Made by a program: the position numbers and the translations under genes
Assembly: GCA_048939995.1 (NCBI GenBank)
Contig: JBHLOY010000027.1
Coordinates: 1-20,562 of the forward strand
DNA from: Promethearchaeota archaeon
GTDB lineage: Archaea > Asgardarchaeota > Lokiarchaeia > Sigyniarchaeales > SOKP01
DNA: 20,562 nt
Reading direction: 5' to 3'
Notes under the pieces: model-generated
Told to the model about the DNA's origin: nothing
Databases searched by the model: none
What the model saw: only the letters and a program-made list of their open reading frames with translations
Shown here: piece after piece, positions 15,679 to 20,562 of the stretch
Position numbering within the stretch: the stretch's first letter is position 1
How the letters are laid out: every line of letters starts with the position of its first letter

Positions 15679-16464
15679 TTAAATCCATTCTTCTTTTAAT
15701 ATATCTCCTTGAATCCCCACAACCACATACTTAATAGGGACTTTCCGATTTGCGCGTTTAGCACCCTCTTGAGCTAAAGTTAATAGGCCTCCACAGCATG
15801 GTACTTCCATAATAGCAACTGTAAGAGTGTTAATTTTTGCATCATCAATTAAGGATTTGATTTTCTCAATATACACTTCTCTCCCTTGATCAAGCTTGGG
15901 ACAGGCAATAGCAATAGATTTATGCTTTAAGAAATCTCTGTGAAAATCTCCATATGAAAAAGCTACACAATCAGCTGAAAGCAGAACATCTGCTCCTTGG
16001 TAATATGGTGCACGGGGATTTATTAAATGCATTTGAACCGGCCACTGTCTTAATGTTGAATTTAATTTTCCAGATAGTTCTGTTTGCACTTTTGGTTCAT
16101 CAAAAACCATTGTTTGAGCAGAAGGACAACCACATTGATGAGCATGTTCAGATACAATTTGTTTTAATTGTTTTACTTCTGACTGCTCATTTTTCTCAAT
16201 AGATTCCAAATGTTTTTCAACCGCCTCCTCATCGAATTCTAAAGCTTCTCTTTCAATTATTTCAAGTGCGCCCTCTGGGCAGCCAGAAATGCACGCACCA
16301 AGACCATCACAGAATATCTCATTTATAACCCTAGCTTTTCCATCAATCACTTTTAAAGCTCCCTCTGCACAATCCACCACACAATTTCCGCATCCTGTAC
16401 AAAGATCTTCATCGATCTTAATTATTTTCCTTTTAACTAATTTTTGTTGTTTTACTTCAGTCAT
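15679..16464 (-). CDS. 4Fe-4S dicluster protein with conserved C-terminal Cys domain (type often found beside hcp)
   Basis: CTGCGNCVVDC and CDGLGACISGCP clusters, then CGCP, LRQWPVQM, ADC, ACPKLD and MEVPCCGG. Probable ATG at 16464 (track start 16476). Confidence 0.88.
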   Translation of the reverse strand: MTEVKQQKLVKRKIIKIDEDLCTGCGNCVVDCAEGALKVIDGKARVINEIFCDGLGACISGCPEGALEIIEREALEFDEEAVEKHLESIEKNEQSEVKQLKQIVSEHAHQCGCPSAQTMVFDEPKVQTELSGKLNSTLRQWPVQMHLINPRAPYYQGADVLLSADCVAFSYGDFHRDFLKHKSIAIACPKLDQGREVYIEKIKSLIDDAKINTLTVAIMEVPCCGGLLTLAQEGAKRANRKVPIKYVVVGIQGDILKEEWI

Positions 16465-16503
16465 GATTAGATACAATTTTAATTAGAAAATATTTTTTTT
16501 CTC

Positions 16504-16513
16504 GAACATGTTC
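16504..16513. promoter_or_regulatory. Palindrome GAACATGTTC, candidate operator
   Basis: Perfect 10-bp palindrome lying between a TATA-like TTTGATATAAG (minus strand) and the Fe-S gene start. Confidence 0.35.
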
Positions 16514-16619
16514 ATATGCTTATATCAAACCGAATTTAATATGAAATTTTAATATTCTGAAGGTTTGAGCACCAAAATTTTCATTTATTATCTAATTATT
16601 TTAATGAAAATAAGGAGCG

Positions 16620-17867
16620 TTAATAGTCTTCATTTTTAATTTTTGAGGGAATCTCTTTAACTTGATAAGCTAGTTCTCTTGCTAATGCCTCACCTTTTTC
16701 AAGCTCCTCTGCTGTTGGATGCCCCCTAAATGTAAGTGGTTCAATAATATCCCATTTCATATTATTAGAAAGAGTCTCAAAATCTTTTTGCGCCCCTCCG
16801 CTCCACCCATAGGAGCCAAAGAATAATACTTTTTTATACCATACATGCTTCTTTTGTAAAAGCTCCATTAAATATTTCATTGGGGGAAACATACTATATT
16901 CATAGGTAGGAGTTCCTATAACTAAACCAGCGGATTTATATGCATTGGCAAGAATATAGGATACATCTTCATTTGGAACTTGATGAATGTTGACTGGTAC
17001 ATTTTCAGAAGTTATACCTTTTAAAATAGCATTTAACATAGCTTCTGTATTACCATACATGCTACCCCAAACAACACATATTTCTGGTTCAGCAAAATTT
17101 TTATTATAATTTGCATATCGCCTATACTTCTTAATAACAACTTCCGGTTTTCCTCTCCAGACTAAACCATGAGATGGAGCAATAATTTTGATATCTAATG
17201 AAGAGAGAGTATCAATTGCTTTCAAAACATTCGGGGAGAACATAGCTATGATATTTGCGTAATATCTTAACATTTCATTTTCCCAATAGGGTTTATTTAC
17301 TTCTGGAGTCTCATCATCAAAAATACCTCCTTGATGAACTCCAAATGCTCCAAAAGCATCTCCTGAAAATAATATTTTCGAATCTTTTTCGTATGTCACC
17401 ATTGTCTCGGGCCAATGCACATGCGGAATCTCAGTAAACTCTAAGACTTTGTTTTGGCCTAGATCAATAGAATCTCCCGTCTTAACTATCTTTATATTTT
17501 CTTTAATACCATAAAAACCATCTACTAAAGCTGCACCTTTTTCTGTAGTGACAATTTGAGAATTTGGTGCTAGTGATCTTAGAATGTATGTGAAACCAGT
17601 ATGATCAGGTTCAAGGTGGTTAAGAATAATATAGTCAATATTTTCAAGAGATATAGTGAGTGATTTAAGATTTTCTAAAAATTTCATTGCAGCACCCCCC
17701 CATTCTCTTACGAGTTCAATGACAGCAATTTTATCTGCTTTCACTAAATAAACATTTAATGCTACTCCATTATGTATAGGCCAAATCCCTTCAAATAAAT
17801 CTTCTGTATGAACATTTGCACCTATCCAATAAATATTATCGGTTAATTTCACTGCTTGCATTGTCAT
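16620..17867 (-). CDS. fprA: Flavodiiron protein (FprA/A-type flavoprotein; O2/NO reductase)
   Basis: NHLEPDH, HWPETM, FSGDAFG and APSHG diiron motifs, plus a flavodoxin domain (SMYGNT, GTPT, FGSYGWSG). Confidence 0.94.
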   Translation of the reverse strand: MTMQAVKLTDNIYWIGANVHTEDLFEGIWPIHNGVALNVYLVKADKIAVIELVREWGGAAMKFLENLKSLTISLENIDYIILNHLEPDHTGFTYILRSLAPNSQIVTTEKGAALVDGFYGIKENIKIVKTGDSIDLGQNKVLEFTEIPHVHWPETMVTYEKDSKILFSGDAFGAFGVHQGGIFDDETPEVNKPYWENEMLRYYANIIAMFSPNVLKAIDTLSSLDIKIIAPSHGLVWRGKPEVVIKKYRRYANYNKNFAEPEICVVWGSMYGNTEAMLNAILKGITSENVPVNIHQVPNEDVSYILANAYKSAGLVIGTPTYEYSMFPPMKYLMELLQKKHVWYKKVLFFGSYGWSGGAQKDFETLSNNMKWDIIEPLTFRGHPTAEELEKGEALARELAYQVKEIPSKIKNEDY

Positions 17868-18108
17868 ATCATTAAATTCTTTTATAAGATTAATATAATA
17901 ATCTATTATTATTTATTAATTAATTTTTGAAATCTTGATGAAAGCAGGTAAATTATTCCATTACTAAAAAAAAGTAAAGAAAATCGTTAATAATTTATAA
18001 GCTATAGATAAATAAAGAAATATATCCATTTCTTATTCAAGTATATCAAATCATTAAGTTTATGATTAACAATGAAGTTATAATCTAAAAAGAACTATCG
18101 AATTACGA

Positions 18109-19311
18109 GTGAAAGAAATGAAAGTTTATGATTACAAATATCTAATTATTGGAGGAGGAATGAGTGCTGATGCAGCAGCTCATAGTATAAGGGAGGCTGA
18201 TCCTAAAGGAACTATTGGCTTAATTAGTAAGGAAGATAATCCTCCTTATGCACGCCCTCCACTTTCTAAATCAATTTGGAGAGGAGAAGAAAATATTGAG
18301 GATACTGATTTAGGAACTGAAGAAGTTACCCTTAAAATGCATCTTGGGCGAATGGCCGAAAAAATAGATCGATCTAATAAAAAAGTTATAGATAATCATG
18401 GAGACACATATAAATATGAAAAATTACTTATAGCTACTGGTGGCACTCCTAAAAAACTTCCTAATATTAATGAATCTGGAATAATATATTACCGAACACT
18501 TGAAGATTATAAAAAACTGAAAGAACTTGTTGATAATAATAGGACTTTTGGAATATTTGGTGGTGGGTTCATTGGATCTGAGATTGCAGCAGCTATAAAA
18601 ATCTATAAACCAGAAGCAGATGTTACTATGATTTTTCCAGAGAATGGAATTTGTGGACTAATTTTTCCTAAAACGTTGAGTAATTATTTAAATGAGTATT
18701 ATCGGGAGAAAGGCATTAAAGTTCTAGAAGGTGAGATGGTTACCAATGTTAATCAAGACGGAAAAAGTTATTTAGTAGAAACTAAAGGGGGTAAAAATCT
18801 CAAATTTGATTGCATTATTGCTGGATTAGGGATTAATCCTAATATAGACCTAGCAAAAGCTGCCGACCTAAATGTTGAAAATGGAATTATGGTAAACAAT
18901 TTCCTTCAAACAAATGATGAGAATATTTATGCTGCTGGAGATGTAGCATATTACTTTAATCCGGCTCTTAATGAATATATTCGTGTAGAACATGAGGATA
19001 ACGCGCTTATGATGGGAGAAATCGCAGGAAAAAATATAACTGGAGAAGAATTATCCTTTGATCATTTATCCCTATTCTACTCTGACTTATTTGATCTTGG
19101 TTATGAAGCAGTAGGCATTTTAAATTCAAAATTAGAAATGGTGGAAGATTTTAACGAAACATTAGAAGAAGGAATAGTATATTACTTGAAAGAAGGAAGA
19201 GTGAAGGGGGTACTCTTATGGAATGTTTGGGAAAAAGTTGATGAAGCCCGAAATCTGATTGCTGAACCAGGCCCCTTCTCACCAGAGGAATTGAAAGGGC
19301 GAATTAAATAA
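18109..19311 (+). CDS. FAD/NAD(P)H-dependent ferredoxin-reductase-family oxidoreductase, AIF-like; start may be ATG 18118
   Basis: IIGGG, PYARPPLSK, ATGG, GGGFIGSE, YAAGD, RVEHEDNA, FYSDL and VLLWNV motifs. Confidence 0.9.
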   Translation: MKEMKVYDYKYLIIGGGMSADAAAHSIREADPKGTIGLISKEDNPPYARPPLSKSIWRGEENIEDTDLGTEEVTLKMHLGRMAEKIDRSNKKVIDNHGDTYKYEKLLIATGGTPKKLPNINESGIIYYRTLEDYKKLKELVDNNRTFGIFGGGFIGSEIAAAIKIYKPEADVTMIFPENGICGLIFPKTLSNYLNEYYREKGIKVLEGEMVTNVNQDGKSYLVETKGGKNLKFDCIIAGLGINPNIDLAKAADLNVENGIMVNNFLQTNDENIYAAGDVAYYFNPALNEYIRVEHEDNALMMGEIAGKNITGEELSFDHLSLFYSDLFDLGYEAVGILNSKLEMVEDFNETLEEGIVYYLKEGRVKGVLLWNVWEKVDEARNLIAEPGPFSPEELKGRIK

Positions 19312-19458
19312 TCAAAACTATATTTATTGTTATCTTTACAAATTAAGTATTCGAAAGGTTTAACCTAATTATAATAATATAGAATCTTATATTCAAATTT
19401 ATATAAATTCCGAAAGATTACAATCATTAATTAGTAATAAAATAAGGAGAAATCTAAA

Positions 19459-20562
19459 GTGATAGATCGCTTTTTAAACAAATTAACATGGCCATATCCC
19501 ATAAAAGTGAATGAAATGAAAGAAGTGAGTACTGATGTTTTAATTTTAGGAGGTGGAATCGCAGGATGTTGGGCCGCGATTGCAGTTGCAAGAAAAGGTT
19601 TAAAAGTCACTCTCGTTGAAAAAGGTGCAACAATTAGAAGTGGAGCTGGGGGCTCTGGTTGTGATCATTGGGAATCAGCAGCAACCAATCCTTGCTCACG
19701 TGTCACACCTGAAGAATTAACGATTGCAATGATAAAAGATCATAATGGCTATAATAATGCAATTTCACACTACATCGAATGTAGAGAAGGGTTTGATAGG
19801 TTATTAGATCTAGAAAAAATGGGAGGAAAGATAAGAGACACAGAAGATGAATTTAAAGATGCTGAATTTAGAGATGAAAAAACTAAATTTTTATTTTCAT
19901 ATGATTATAAAAATAAATTTACCTTACGTGTATGGGGAACCACCTTTAAACCGGCCCTTTACAAAGAATGTAGGCGATTAGGTGTTGAAATCTATGATCG
20001 TACAATGGCGACAAGTTTATTATCGGATGTAAGTAAGCAAGTAGCCAAGGTAGGTGGAGCCACAGGAGTGAATGGGCGAACAGGACAATTCTTAGTATTT
20101 AAATCTAAAGCCACAATATTATGTATGGCACGTGCAACACGTTTATGGCTTTTTTCCCTAGGTGTACCTGGCATTTCTGAATTTCGACCACTTCAATGTA
20201 TGGGAGATGGCCATGCGATGGGTTGGAGAGCTGGTGTTGAATTTACAATGATGGAAAAATCTATAAGAGGGCAATGGTCGGGTGAACGAAGTTATCCCCC
20301 TTATGGAACTGGAAATACTCATAATACATGGTATGCGTGTTCAATGGTAGATGCAAATGGTAAAGAAATCCCATGGATTGACCGAGATGGCAATATTCTG
20401 ACTAAAGTTTCTCAACGTTATAGACCGTCACCAGGACAAAAGTTTTTTCTCAAAGGAGGAGGTGAATCTGAATTCCATTTGTATGATTATCAAGGTCCGG
20501 ATACTCTCCCTATTGAGAAGCTTTTAGAAAAGGGCTTTAAACTTCCTTTCTATGCTGACTTA
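19459..20562 (+). CDS. AprA/SdhA/FrdA-family flavoprotein (partial, runs off the window; not in ORF track)
   Basis: GTG at 19459 with AGGAG upstream. Translation includes TDVLILGGGIAGCWAAI...VEKGATIRSGAGGSGCDHW...GATGVNGRTG...GDGHAMGWRAG. Confidence 0.88.
   Translation, partial: MIDRFLNKLTWPYPIKVNEMKEVSTDVLILGGGIAGCWAAIAVARKGLKVTLVEKGATIRSGAGGSGCDHWESAATNPCSRVTPEELTIAMIKDHNGYNNAISHYIECREGFDRLLDLEKMGGKIRDTEDEFKDAEFRDEKTKFLFSYDYKNKFTLRVWGTTFKPALYKECRRLGVEIYDRTMATSLLSDVSKQVAKVGGATGVNGRTGQFLVFKSKATILCMARATRLWLFSLGVPGISEFRPLQCMGDGHAMGWRAGVEFTMMEKSIRGQWSGERSYPPYGTGNTHNTWYACSMVDANGKEIPWIDRDGNILTKVSQRYRPSPGQKFFLKGGGESEFHLYDYQGPDTLPIEKLLEKGFKLPFYADL

Noticed and set aside
1266-20174. Short overlapping ORFs in the track (1266, 4000, 4488, 5547, 6618, 9246, 10273, 10987, 11667, 11674, 15206, 15458, 15954, 16289, 17255, 19992)
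   Set aside because: All lie antisense or out of frame within well-supported genes and show no recognisable motifs, so they are treated as shadow ORFs.
19459-20562. Dissimilatory sulfate reduction inferred from the AprA-like gene
   Set aside because: The gene is partial, its motifs diverge from true AprA, and no aprB, sat, qmo or dsr is visible.

Overview
Very AT-rich, gene-dense archaeal window. Small GTPases fused to longin/uDENN-like domains, a longin/roadblock protein, Lrp and Bat-type HTH regulators, and PDO-TrxR point to an Asgard archaeon, probably Lokiarchaeia (inferred). About two thirds of the genes form a thiol/oxidative-stress neighbourhood: a PDO-PDO-TrxR operon, a CCG (HdrB/D-like) protein, a HEAT-glutaredoxin-FTR catalytic operon, a second glutaredoxin, an iron-sulfur flavoprotein, ferredoxins, a flavodiiron protein, an AIF-like reductase and an AprA/SdhA-like flavoprotein. 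Interleaved at 6.2-13.4 kb are four signalling-type genes: (i) a longin/uDENN-Rab-like fusion with intact G motifs but no arginine-finger motif; (ii) a longin/uDENN-GTPase fusion with a folliculin/SMCR8-like 'ARG' arginine-finger motif on a degenerate, Cys-bearing G domain; (iii) a protein with three tandem longin/roadblock-like domains; (iv) a His-rich membrane domain fused to a V4R/Bet3-like domain. The leading hypothesis is a redox-coupled GTPase/GAP/GEF module. Three ORFs missing from the ORF track were added: a partial Lrp, a 54-aa ORF and the partial AprA-like flavoprotein. No RNA genes, CRISPR arrays or mobile elements were seen. All family calls rest on motifs recognised by eye, not on searches.
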